Source of the DNA: Trichinella spiralis
Taxonomy: Eukaryota
DNA: 64,000 bases
Reading direction: 5' to 3'
NCBI RefSeq assembly: GCF_000181795.1
Contig: NW_003526941.1
Coordinates: 3,040,195 to 3,104,194, forward strand
In this document: positions 1 to 12,306 of the stretch, piece after piece
How positions within the stretch are numbered: the first letter of the stretch is position 1
Layout: each line of letters opens with the position of its first letter
Made by a program: the position numbers and the translations under genes
Notes under the pieces: generated by a model
Seen by the model: the letters and a program-made list of their open reading frames with translations, nothing else
Databases searched by the model: none
Told to the model about the DNA's origin: nothing

Positions 1-3000
1 AAGTTTGCCATTGAAGATCAAAATTCCAAATGCTAGGGACCCAAATTGCCGACACTTGTCGATGTCAGCTTCATTGACAGTGTGAAATTTGCCGATCAAA
101 AAATTAACTTCGAATCCGTATCTGTCGGATCCTGAAAGAAACATACAAATGTTGTTTCAGCATGCCATCAATGAAATTGAATAATTTTTCAACGTTTAAA
201 TTACTTTCAAAATTTCTAAATGAAGAGTGATACAAAAAAAATCCATTAACAAAACAGTGAAACATATTTTCAGTGCCAAAATGATTACAAACAGTCAGCC
301 ATTGTAAATATATTTTTAAAAAATCTATTATTCACTTCATAATTATAATTGATGAAGGAGAAAATAAAGTAAAAATAAAATAAAATAAAATGAAATGAAA
401 TGAAACAAAAAAATCTACCTGTTCCAATAGTAGCAAAGGACCAGAACCCCGACGAGACATGCAAGACCGATGAAACAGCCAACGGAGATGAGAACAATTT
501 CAGACATTTGTAGTCGTCGTCCAAATAACAAAGTCGACGGTGAAACCATTTCTTGCACATTTTGCACAAGCAAAGCAGGTGCTAGACGTTCCTTCAATCG
601 ACGGATATTTTCTTTGGCAAAAATTTCCCCCAGATCAGAGGAACGACAAACACGTTTCGTCTGAATATTGACGGCCACAAAAATCAAATTCACGCTAAAG
701 AAATTTCACAATTTACAATTGAAGCTGAATTGAATGAAATAAAACAAAAGCCAACAATTTACCCAAAGTTATTCACAATACCCAAATAATCAGCATCTTC
801 AATTCTTTCCAAAATAATCATCTGGCATTTGTTTCTACTTCTTTCAATAATTTGTCTTATTTCACTAGAGTGTAGAAAAAAAAAGCATGAAGTTCATTAC
901 AAAATAATAATAAACAATAATTTCTTATACTTTTTCAATTTCTTCACATTTTGATCTTGTTGACCAGCATGCCATTTGTCAACGGTAATCATGAAACGGT
1001 TCGTATTTCTCACGGTATTCACCTAATTGCAAGTTCAATTATTAAAATAAAATCAAGCATTCAATTGGAAACAATAAAACATTATTGCACTTACTACAAC
1101 GTTCGCCTCAGCTGAAAGAGGAATACCATACGAAGGATTGTCTTTAGCTTGAACTCTGAAATGATAAACTGCTGCGCTCTTGCCACGTTGTTCTTTCAGC
1201 TTTGCTTTAGTTTTCAGTTCGCCAGTTTCTTGATCGATCATAAACAACGAACTGTCTGGATCATTTTCCAGCAAAGAATAAGCAATCTGCTTATTTCTTC
1301 CCACGTCCTTGTCTACGGCCTTAAATAAATAAATAAATAAACATATATATGTATATATTATATTTTTATTGATTTACTTTGATTTTCAATATTGGAGTAA
1401 ATTCGGCCGCTTTTTCGTCGACAATTCCAATAAAAGTACCCAACAGTGCAGAGTCTTCATCAAACTGAAATTCAGGTCTGTTGTCATTTTGATCCAAAAC
1501 TTCAATGAACACTGTAGCATAGTCGAAATACTGAGCACCTGAAACAAAATGACAAAACCAAGCGTTCAAAATCTTCACACAAACGGCAAACCGTTGTTAC
1601 CCGATGGAAGGACAGTAGCTGCGCTGATATTCAACTTGTACATGCTGACTTCTTCACGATCCAACTTTAACCTCGTTTCAAGCTCACACAAACCACCGGA
1701 TCCCGTTTTGATAATGAATGCTTCTACAAAATGTTTTTCATTAGAAATTAGATCATACATCTCCTTCCGCTGATGCAAGAAAAACAGATCAGTGATCACC
1801 TTCAGAATCACCATCTAAAATTTTGCATTGAACAACTGGTTGCCAAGTTGGATTGCTGCTTTTCATCGGCAAAGTCATCACAAAGTGAGGAGAAGGAACC
1901 AATTCATATACAGTCGTGCTAAAAATAAAATCACACCAAAATAAATAAACAAACAAGTAAAGAATCAAATGAATGCGTAATGTGATGGTTTAAACAATTG
2001 CTTGAAATGATCCGCATACTTGAACACGCTGTTCACAAAGTTGTTCTGCAGATGAACGGCACTGCTACTTGGTGGCATCCAAGTAGATAAAGAACCAAAA
2101 TGAAGTGGTGTAGTGGTAGGAATTTCAACGTGAACTGCCACTGTAGTAAAGCTAGAACGAGGTGGATTTCCTTTGTCTTTTGCTTCAACAGAAAGCTGAA
2201 AGCAGAAAGACTGTTTCAAGTGTCAATTTATAAAAAAAAACCCTTCAGCACAAATAAACCGTGAATTTATCCTTGCCAGCACCGAGCAACGATCGCGCAA
2301 TAGTTATGAGACCACTGTCTTCGTCAATTGCAAAAAATTTCGCCGCCTCTTCATCACCAATCAGTCTATACTTGATCAAATTGTTTGGAGACTAAAATGG
2401 AATTTTACCACAGTTCAACCAACCTTAACAACAAAAAAAATGCTAATCATTACCGAATCATCTCGATCACTGGCAGATACTTGAAGAATAGAACTACCAG
2501 GAGGCAGTGCTTCGGAAATCGTAGTCGAATACGATTTCTCTTGAAATATTGGACTATTGTCATTCAGTTCCTAAAATAAAACAAGACCCAAAAGAAAATT
2601 TTCTCTTTTCTAAAATCTCAATATTAAGTAAAATTCAAAAAAAATCCTCTGCAATTACATGCACAATCACTGTAACCCTTGCCCAAGCTGGTGGTTCTTC
2701 AGACAAATTTTCTTCAGTACCAACAATCAATGTATATTTCTTTTGCTTTTCCGCATCCAAGCTGACCAGCGTCGACAACATCCCTGTTCGCTGATCAATA
2801 GAAAATAAAGACATATCACCTCTCCTCAAAATATACGTCACTGGACCTTGTCTCCCGTCCAAATATTTGGCCTAAAAATGAATTAATTAACACCCACAAT
2901 TCAATATGATAAATATGAAATTCAAAAACAAAAAAAATTTACTTTTATTTGAACCAAATTTGTTGGGCCTAAATTTTCATCAATGCCTACAGAATAATTT

Positions 3001-6000
3001 CCAGTAAACACTGGAACTGAAAGTGGGCCGGTGTCAGTGTTGTCATTCAAAATTTCTATCGTTGCATCGACCGAAGACTGGAGTGAAGGCTCACCTCCGT
3101 CTTCGGCAATAATGGTCAGTTTGTGCACCGAATGTCCAGTAGTCGACAAATCTGCCCGGCTCTTTATAATTCCTTTCATTGGATCAATGCTGAAAAATCT
3201 GCAAAAACAAATGAATACATTGAAAATTATTTTTTCATCCAAATAATTCATCATACTTATTTGGAAACTTCAAGCGGTATCGAACAATTCCATTATCACC
3301 AATATCATTGTCTGTGGCAGTTATTTTGCCGATAATTGAATTTGGTGAGTTCGAGTTGACTGTAAATTTGATTGGTGTTTCATTGACAATTTTTGGTGGA
3401 TTATCATTAACATCACTTATGTTAACCAAAATTTCAGCGTAGGTTGTCATCTATGAAGAATAATAAAAATGTAACAAACTAATCACATTAAATGGAAAAT
3501 TTTCAAAACAAATGAATAAAATTTGAACATACGGTGCCACTTTTGACTTCGATAACGAGCCGATGGCTTGGAATATGCTCTCGATCGAGAGCACCGGCAG
3601 TAAATATTCTTCCACTTTAATTGAAAATAATAAATTTTGAAAACAAAAGTTAAAAAAAAAGAAAAATGGAAACAAGAAGCAAATGTAAAACGCACTCATT
3701 CTTGTCTATACGAAATTTTCCCTTTTCCGTAGCGTCTGTAATGCGATAAGATGTCTGGTCCGGTGCAGCGCCTTCAGCCTACAGTGCAAATCCGTAGTGG
3801 ATTTTCGTTCAAATCACACGGAAAGATAAAAAACAAACCAACTATACCGTCAATGTCATAACTAAAGTATCAGGCGACACTTCTTCGCTAACCGTTATGT
3901 TAAATGTAGCTGCAATAACTGGCTGCGTAGCCGGGATAGTTGCCGTGGTGGTTGTAGTGGTGGTCCATGCTAATGGCTGCACGGATTGTGTGGAATATTG
4001 ATACAGATGGCCAATCGTGGCCGCATCCACCACTCTGACCATTATAGTAGTCGTAGCAGTTCTGATCAAAAGAAGAAAATCTTGCATCAAATAATACAGT
4101 AGAAATACTAGAAATTTACTTGAAAAGTTTACCTAGAAAATTTGTCCATCACTTCCAATACAACACGGTACTGAGCGTTTGGATTTAAAAATCCCAAAGC
4201 AATCAACGTGTTTGTGTCTTCATTATAGTGGAATAAATCTTCAGCTCCTTTGGATACTGACAGTATTCGATACTTGAGAATTGCCAACGTTTTGCTATCT
4301 TTCACTGTTGCTTTGACCTGAAATTAAATACGATCAATTTATTAATTGATCAAAATGAATAATTTAAGAAACAAGCGAACAAAAGCTTCTACCCGAATCA
4401 AGCTTTGCTGTGGCAAGCCTGAATAAGCGGTGGCGTAATAAACTTTCGAACCAAATACAGGTGGTGAATGACTGTCCAAAGCAATAATCTCAATTCGCAC
4501 TTTCACCGGTTCGCTTGTTCGAATTGGTGTCGTGTCCACTTCCCTGGCACGTATCTCAAAGCATTGAAAATACAAAACAAAGAAATGAATTAATTTGAAA
4601 CTAATTTTGAATTTTTACAATCAATTCATGAACATTGTCACCATTTTTGTCCACTTTCAAAGCTAATGCATTCAAAAAAACATAACCACGTTGATCAATA
4701 GCAAAGTGATTGGCACCTGAACCACTTAAAATGTACTGATATATAGCGGGGGGCATGCCAGGTTTCTGAAAAAATGACAATTTATTGAAATTAAAAATCA
4801 CAAATTGACCACCTCAAAAGCGTACCAAATCTTTATCAGTTACAGAAATTTGCAACGGTGGTCCATTTTGACGACGTTCAGTACGAATTAACGTGCCAAT
4901 TGAAGCATTTTCATCAATGTAAGCCTGCGTGTTGGTCACTTGTACTTCCGGTTCAAAACGACTCTCAGTCGGATTCAACGCCTGAATGTTCAACTGCGCG
5001 AAACTAACCTTACTTCCAGTGTAAGCAGTTCTGGCCTGAAATTTGATTTAAAAAAAAATAAACTTACTTTTCCCCACCCCTCCCCATTATTTGCACCATT
5101 CAATTACACCACTTACAATGACATAAATCAAAAAAGGACCAGCCTCTTTGTTAGGAATGATCTTCAGCTGAACAATTTCAGCATTTTGAGCGTTTATTGC
5201 AAAATATTTGCTGAACGTCTCAGGAGTGCCTGCAATAATTTAATTTCCATTTAAACAACACCACCATTACATGGATCATTAATTACCATTGAAAAATGCA
5301 TAAGTTACAGGTACATTGGGATTGTAGATATTTTTTGCTTTTATTGGCAATGGATATATTTTCAACGCTTTCTTTTCCTAAAAATACACCATCTAGTCAA
5401 ATAACGGTCAGTGATAAATGCAAATAAGGAAGTTCGGCAAGTATCTCAGCAGTTTTCACAATGACCACAAATGGTCGTTGGTTTGTTGTTGAAGTCGGTC
5501 AAGTAGACTTGAATAGGCAAAATGTGAGTTGCACAGGGTGGTGGTTCACAAAATCAAAGATATTCAGAGATCGAATGACCACTGTCTATGTTGATGAAAA
5601 AGGACACAACACGCTAAAAACATACCGGTGGAATGCCAGTGACAACGCTGGCTGTATACTGAACTCCAGAACAAATTGATACTGCCGGACCGCACGTAGG
5701 GTGAATAAATGACAACGGTTGGGTTGCGTAAAAGTGATCTGACCGCATAGCTGGCCACAACATATTCCATGACTGATAAATAATAAAAATAAATAAGTAA
5801 TTATAAAGAATAAAAATGTGCAAAGTGTATGAAAGCAAATAGAGTGAATTTTCGCAAAGTTGTCGCAAATCGAGTTAACTTTGAATAAATTTGAAATTTG
5901 CTAATGAAAAGGCTTATGAAACCGGCTTCTCAACGACTACGCTTCGTCAAGTTAGCATGCATAATCATTTAAGAAGTGGAAACTAGCAGTAGGGAGTGAA

Positions 6001-6339
6001 ATGAAAATTTGAAAAAAAGAAAACAGAAATAGATCAACAGCAAACATTAAATTACCTGTGGTACGTTGTCATTCAAAGGGTCTGTCAGAGGTTGTTGTTC
6101 GAAGTAAGATTGAGTTTTGTTCTCATGCTCTGTGAAAAGTTCAAATATGACAAATAATAAAATTTGTAAAGCGAAAGATAAAAAAAACCACAACGTCATC
6201 ATCAATCATAATGCAAATAATAATAATAATAATTACCAATTTTATCCAGTTGTTGTTGGGCAAAAATGATAGTTGAAACGAAGCAGAAAAAACAGAAAAG
6301 CGAGAACAAATTTCGACATTGACTCGTTCGGACAGCCAT
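1..6339 (-). CDS. Cad99C: Multi-exon non-classical cadherin, Cad99C/PCDH15-like: signal peptide, ~9 EC repeats, membrane-adjacent domain, TM helix. The cytoplasmic 3' end is unresolved; the last secure exon ends near 419.
   Basis: ATG at 6339 gives the signal peptide MAVRTSQCRNLFSLFCFFCFVSTIIFAQ. Exons 6237-6339, 6056-6129 and 5626-5772 are phase-compatible. Cadherin motifs: DVNDNPP, DQNDNRPEF, LDRE, ATDNDIG, AEDGGEP, AVDKDVG. TM segment IVLISVGCFIGLACLVGVLVLCYYW at ~425-500. SFIHPTCGPAVSICSGVQYTASV and PIKAKN..PVTYAFFNGTPETFSKYFAI resemble recalled Cad99C/PCDH15 EC3. Confidence 0.85.
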
Positions 6340-6374
6340 GGTGCAGGTTGACTAAGTCGTCGATGACAACAACA

Positions 6375-6399
6375 TATTATTATTATTATTATTATTATT
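6375..6399. repeat. (TAT)n microsatellite just upstream of the cadherin ATG
   Basis: About 8 copies, directly visible. Confidence 0.85.
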
Positions 6400-7278
6400 C
6401 AGCTTTTTGGTGAACCACTCGACCCAGAAGTATGGACGTTCGTGATATTTTCCCTCTTTACTTATTTTAGGGACGAAGGGAAGGGGAAGAGAGGGAGATA
6501 TTTCTTAGTTTTCTCTTTTTCCACTGTCCCTTTCTCTCCTATGCAAAAAGCTTCTTCTCTTCAACTGTTTGAGCAAGCTGCGCGGTCAGGTGAAACGACC
6601 TTTTCACAGGTTAGCTTCTTTTCCAATTGACTATCCCTGGCCGACTACCACCAAACGGCCTCTTTATTACCACAACGTCACGGTCTGCTCTGATGTTTGC
6701 CCAGACCAAAACAAACTGGCCCTGTTCTGCTGTTGGTCGACGAAGCAAATTGTTGTCTCTCCCGTATCGCATTGCGCATGTAAACAACCAATTCTTGCAG
6801 CAACCGTCCTCAAACTGGACCTTCTTTCCTCTACATGCGCGAGGTCGTCTAGCAAAATACAATGCAAATAATTTGTTAAAAAGTTTTAAAATAAAAAAAA
6901 ACCAAAATTAAAAGCATACATACGTATGTGGATTTTCACATGACTGATTGGAAGGTAATTTGGCAGCACCGTGTGAAAATAATTTCTCTGCCCGCTCGAA
7001 TCGATAAAACTGAAAAAAAATTATCTTTAAAAAATGGATGATTTCAATTTGCAAAATATTTTCGTTATTCTAAAATACGCAAATCCAGTGTTCAAACTTT
7101 ATTATTCACGATGAGAGCCGTATCAGGGTAAAATTCACACGCAACACAAAATATTTTTTTAAAAAACACAACCTTCTTTCGTTCTTCTTGAGCGATGCAT
7201 AAGGTAGCAATGCGCCATGGGATTGGATTTGAAAATAAGAAAAGAAATAAAATAGAAAATTCTAAAAATCTACAATAT

Positions 7279-10200
7279 TCAACAATGTCCACAAGTTCGA
7301 GCGCAGACGAAACGCATTGGCACCTCGAGTACTGATGTTCGACACATTGCAGCCCACTTGTAGCAATCTTTCCACATGTCGGTGCAAACTGAAAATTCAG
7401 ATTAAATCTTTTCTTTTTTCAAAATAAAGCAGCAAAAATTAATAAAACAAATGAACACTCACTTAAATCTAAGAATGGAATTTTCAAATTCAGACGAATT
7501 GGTCTTGGAGGAGGTGGGCGAATTGAAAACGGAGCTCCATCGTAATCATCGTCCTCGTCGTCTATTACGGGCGGTCTCACCAGAGGACGAATTATCGGAG
7601 ACGGAGGAGGTGCAGGCCTGGAATTTGGTCGACTATGGCAATTGTACAAAGTGTTCAAGCGTCGCAAATCTGACGGACTGAAATCACCCGACTTTCCCAT
7701 CACGCTGGTCATGCCAGGTTCCCTGGCAACCATCGTATCTCGACCATTTTTGGAAAACGATTTCGAATCATAATGCATAATTGACCGATAGTCGTATCGT
7801 TCACCAAATGTATTGCTTTCTGACGGGGATACTTTTTGAAATTGACTATGCGCACCTGTACTAGGAAAATGTTAAACATGCCATCACATGTTCACAACCA
7901 ACCCATACCGGCTCTAATGTTGTACCAAATTACATCGACAAAATCATCCCTGTCTGGTCTTTCATGTTCATGCCAAAATCCAATTGCGTGCATCAATTCA
8001 TGTATAATGGTTCTATAATAGATACAGCCGTCGTCCAAAGATACCGTCTGACGACCACCCGTTCGACCAACGTCCGAAAAACAACTAAAATTGGGAGTAA
8101 CATTCAATGTAAAAAGTAACTCAATAATCTGGACAATTCAAAAATCGCCTCACCCATCTTCTTTTTTAATATACAGATAGTCCGGTTCGTGCGTTCTTGC
8201 AACAAATTTAATACACGTCTTCTCGTGATAAGCTTGCATTGCTCTGGCTATAACCGCACGTTCACTTGCAGCTGAATGGAGGAAATAAATCAAATTAACC
8301 ATGAAAAAGAAAAGACAAACTTTAACATTAATTACAATAATCTCTTGACAAAACATAAGGAACAACACCGTCTGGCCATTTGTATTGACTACCAATTCGC
8401 GCGTTTCTGGAAACGCCCCTCAAGTTCGAATTCGAGTCGAACTGCCTTCTTCGAAGAGCCTTTCCACGTACATCGCCACGATATTTATCTGAAACAACAA
8501 CAAAAATATCGCTGCTGTCCTTTGAACGAAGAGAAGCATAAAATAAAACATGCAAATACTACAAAAACCGTCTCACTCAATTGCCAGATGCTTTTCAAAC
8601 CATTGACAAGCAAATCTCCTGCAATACATTACATATATATATATATATATATTTATTTATTTATTTATGTATACATGGATGTGAAAAAAAACAGAACATT
8701 TTCTTTCTTTTTTTTAAAGAAAAAGAAGATTCAAACAACTCACTTGCAGCCAATTTGAGTCCATTCTTGAAATCTTGCGGTGTTAGAAATGGTAAATTTA
8801 TCTCTGAAATAAAATTTTACATTAACTCAACTTGTTTCGATGATAAAATAAATGACAGTTCAATTTTCACATCACAGTGATATATGTGTTTTTAATTAAA
8901 ATGTGAAAAAAAGTAAAAAGGAAATAACAACGCTATAGTTAATAGTTACAGTTGTTAAAGTTCAAAAAGTGGAGAATGTTATAATTGAAGCTGAAACAGT
9001 ACAGTAATGATAGATCAAACAAAAATGTTTGCCACATGCAAAGTGACAAATCAACAACGCCTACATAAAAAATTACATTACATTACATTGCATTACATTA
9101 CATTACATTACATTACATCACATTACAAACCGGCAATCAGACTGTGCAGAAGAAACAGGTTCAACAGCAATGAAAAGCTAAAATCGCAATCTGATCTCAA
9201 ACAACAACGCCCACGATTTGCCTTCAAAGAAAGCCTCTTGTTTAAAAACAAATCGAATTTCTAATTGCTCGTGATATGTTCAACTGATTACATCGACCAT
9301 ATTGATAACAAGCAATTCACTTTCCGTTCAATTCTAGGCGTGCAATCTGATTTCTGATAATAATCAATTTTCCATATCAGTGCCAAAGATTTTGAACAAA
9401 ACGCCTCTGCATCTTCTGATAAAACAATATTGTCCTTGATATAAATTGAAACCGAACAAATATTCAAATGTGACAAATTTGAAAAAGCCATTTCCCTTTC
9501 ATTATTTCTTCGTTTAATTTGAAAAAGAAATAAATATTTTTATTATTAAAATTTACTGTATAAAATAATCTTCACTGAGGGGAAAGGGAAGGGGAAAATT
9601 AACTATCAACTTATACAGATAGAAAGCAAAAATGTAATTTAATCATTTTGCATTTAAAAATATGAAAAAAATAAAGTTTAAACAATCAGGATTCGCGTTT
9701 AATGCCATAACTGCCCCAGATTGCACTGTTCCACTCTGTTTACCTGCTCACCAAAATGCTGCCTCTCATATTCAATCATCCTAATCATAGAAATGAAAAA
9801 ATAGCTCTCCATCTGAAATATTATCATAAAATAAAAATCAACTAAACAAAACATTATTCACATACGGTAATAGAAATTTGTTCATAATAATTACATGTGC
9901 AAGCAAGTAATTATGAAATAAATATATGCACAGAAGAAGTGGTTCGATGTTGTATTTGAACAGTTAGTTAGCTCACTGAATGTCAGAAAAGGAACAACGC
10001 TTTGTGAGCAATTGAAAATTGAATAAAAATCTATCCAAAGAATATGAGAAGCTGATAAATTCATCATAATTACATAAATACGTTTCAAAAACTGAAAAAT
10101 GAGATTTTGATAATCTAACAGTAAAATGGCAAGCAAATAAATATCAAAACAAAAAGAATCAACTGATTTATAAAACTAATTGAAATAACATTATCTTGCT

Positions 10201-10671
10201 GAATTTAACACTTGTTGCAGAGTTAAAATGCTCGAAATTTTGTTCTACAATCCACATCTACTACCGTATGTATAGAAAAATTAAATGCTTTAATGCTTAG
10301 TGGCGATAATGTTGAAAACATCTTGCCCTTTAAAACACGTGCTTCATTGATGTCAAAAGAAAGAAATGAACAACTGTTTTCTTTTCACTTTTTTCACAAA
10401 GACAGATCATAGCAGCATATTACATATATATATATATATCAGGGAACAATTTCAATTGCTTCAATCTACAACATCAGGTGTTGTAAAGTTCTATAGACAA
10501 AATGATAAGATTATTGTTGCTTACAATATAATACAAAGCATATATAATATATGGTTTAATTGAATAAGAAATTACAATATAACTGAAGAAAAATAATTTA
10601 CCAAATGAAGCGACAACTGCGCATCCTGATAAAATTGTTAATAAAAACTGAAAAGAATTCAGAAGCTTCAT
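7279..10671 (-). CDS. Secreted astacin (M12A) zinc metalloprotease with Pro-rich linker and C-terminal ShKT domain (nas-type), 8 exons
   Basis: Exons 10602-10671 (signal MKLLNSFQFLLTILSGCAVVASF), 8744-8803, 8577-8618, 8336-8488, 8154-8271, 7909-8084, 7463-7855 and 7279-7388 are all phase-compatible. Motifs: YRGD prodomain, RNA..KWPDGVVPY, zinc motif HELMHAIGFWHEHERPDRD, Met-turn SIMHY, and ShKT CTDMWKDCYKWAAMC...VCARTCGHC-stop. Confidence 0.93.
9072..9127. repeat. (ATTAC)n pentanucleotide microsatellite in intron 1 of astacin 1
   Basis: About 11 near-perfect copies, directly visible. Confidence 0.9.
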
Positions 10672-12306
10672 GATCAAAAGACAAAAGCTTTGAACAACTG
10701 AACTTTTCAGTATTAAAAAAGCATTTACAGCACGAGATTGAGGCTGCTAGGAGGCGCAGAAAATTTTCACAAACCTCCGAAATAAGCGAAACGAAACAGA
10801 ACAATAAATGGCTGCCGGCATCGTATGTTGCCTATTTCTACCTTTGCATAGAAACTGGTTCATCGAAACCACATGCATCTGTCTCACTGTACTGCCAATA
10901 AGCTATTTAATGTAATGTCCCACATTCATCAGAGATAAAAAAATAAAGTTAAAAAATTATAGATATTTTCAAAATGCAGCAACCGAAACAAATACGAATG
11001 TCACGGGAGGTACTTATTTTTTAGTAAAAAATCAGACAAAAATTACAACGCCTATTTATAAAGCTGTGTATGCAAATGAGAATATTTCAATAATTCAAAA
11101 AAAAATAGTTTCACTGACCTACATGTGAAGAGATGCCCGGCCTTGGCGTCGAACGGTGAGTGAATCACTATAGCACAAATTTTCCTGATGCTCTTCGTCA
11201 TACATCGATGGTGATGCTTACCAAAAACCCCTGTGAAAATTACAAATTTTTACATTTTCAAAAGTTTATGAAACTAAACAAAAATAATATACATTTCTAA
11301 TATACAAATTACATTTAGTTGTTATTTCCAAAAAGACAAGATAAAAACATTTTCAAATAAATGCAAATTTGTAATGAAACAATCAGTAAAGAGAAGAATT
11401 TCAGAACCAGTAAATAAATACCCCTCTCCCTCAAAAAAGTTCACCAAAATTAAACGTACTTACAACTTTTCAGAGAATTTTTCTCACTTTTATTTTGCCG
11501 CTTTCATCAGGCTGAAAATGCATCTGAAAAAAAATTACGACAATCTCCTGGATAGCAATTGAACATGAACAAAAATTTCAATAAACCCGCATCACTGTTT
11601 ACAAGTCATGTGATGAAACATTTTAACTGCTTGACAAAGAAATGATACTATTGAATAAAATATATTCAAATTTTAGCGGCAAACTCTACTTACAGTATAT
11701 TCGAAGATGTGCAAGTATGTTTAAATGTGATGCAGCTTTCACCAGTTCTTCCACTTTCAGCAATTGCAGTTCAGCATTCATTGTTTGTATCCAAATTGTA
11801 CTTGCGTTTTCATCGTTACATTTCTTTCCCATTTACTCGCAAAATATGAGACAAAAGTGATGACCAACTTTTCAAATGAAAAGTATTACAATAAAGCTGA
11901 TATAAAAATTATTTAAAGCAAGTATATATCTTCAAAGTATAGCACATTGTCAATTACAAAATACATCAGACGAAATTCTCAAAATGCAAAAGCAAACTAT
12001 TTTTACTAAAAAAAACCACAAAATCACAGGTGCATATTTTCTGTGATGGTCTGAATGAACGCTTTTCCATTTTTCCACCGTTACACTCACTAAAAAAAGT
12101 AACCGACTAGTTAAAGTAGTGCAAATACCATACATCATCTGATCAGGGTAAAGTAAGCCATCGCTACATGTTGAACAGTGTAGAACTAATCGAAAATATT
12201 TAATTTTGAAACTTATATACACAAAAAATCTACATCAGCATCACATTTTTTTAAAAATTAAAGAAAAAGAATGCCCTTTTATAATTTACCAAATAAAATA
12301 TTGATA

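Noticed and set aside
1..418. Cadherin cytoplasmic tail exons
   Set aside because: Several acceptors (near 325, 216 and 132) give short tails ending in stops, while another frame runs off the window; cannot be resolved without transcripts.
6442..6911. Several overlapping ORFs between astacin 1 and the cadherin
   Set aside because: Open on both strands because of locally higher GC. There are no cadherin motifs, so these are not the missing EC1-2 exons; probably promoter or 5' UTR.
8276..8880. 160-aa and 99-aa plus-strand ORFs
   Set aside because: Antisense to astacin 1 exons and running through (TA)n and poly-T intron sequence.
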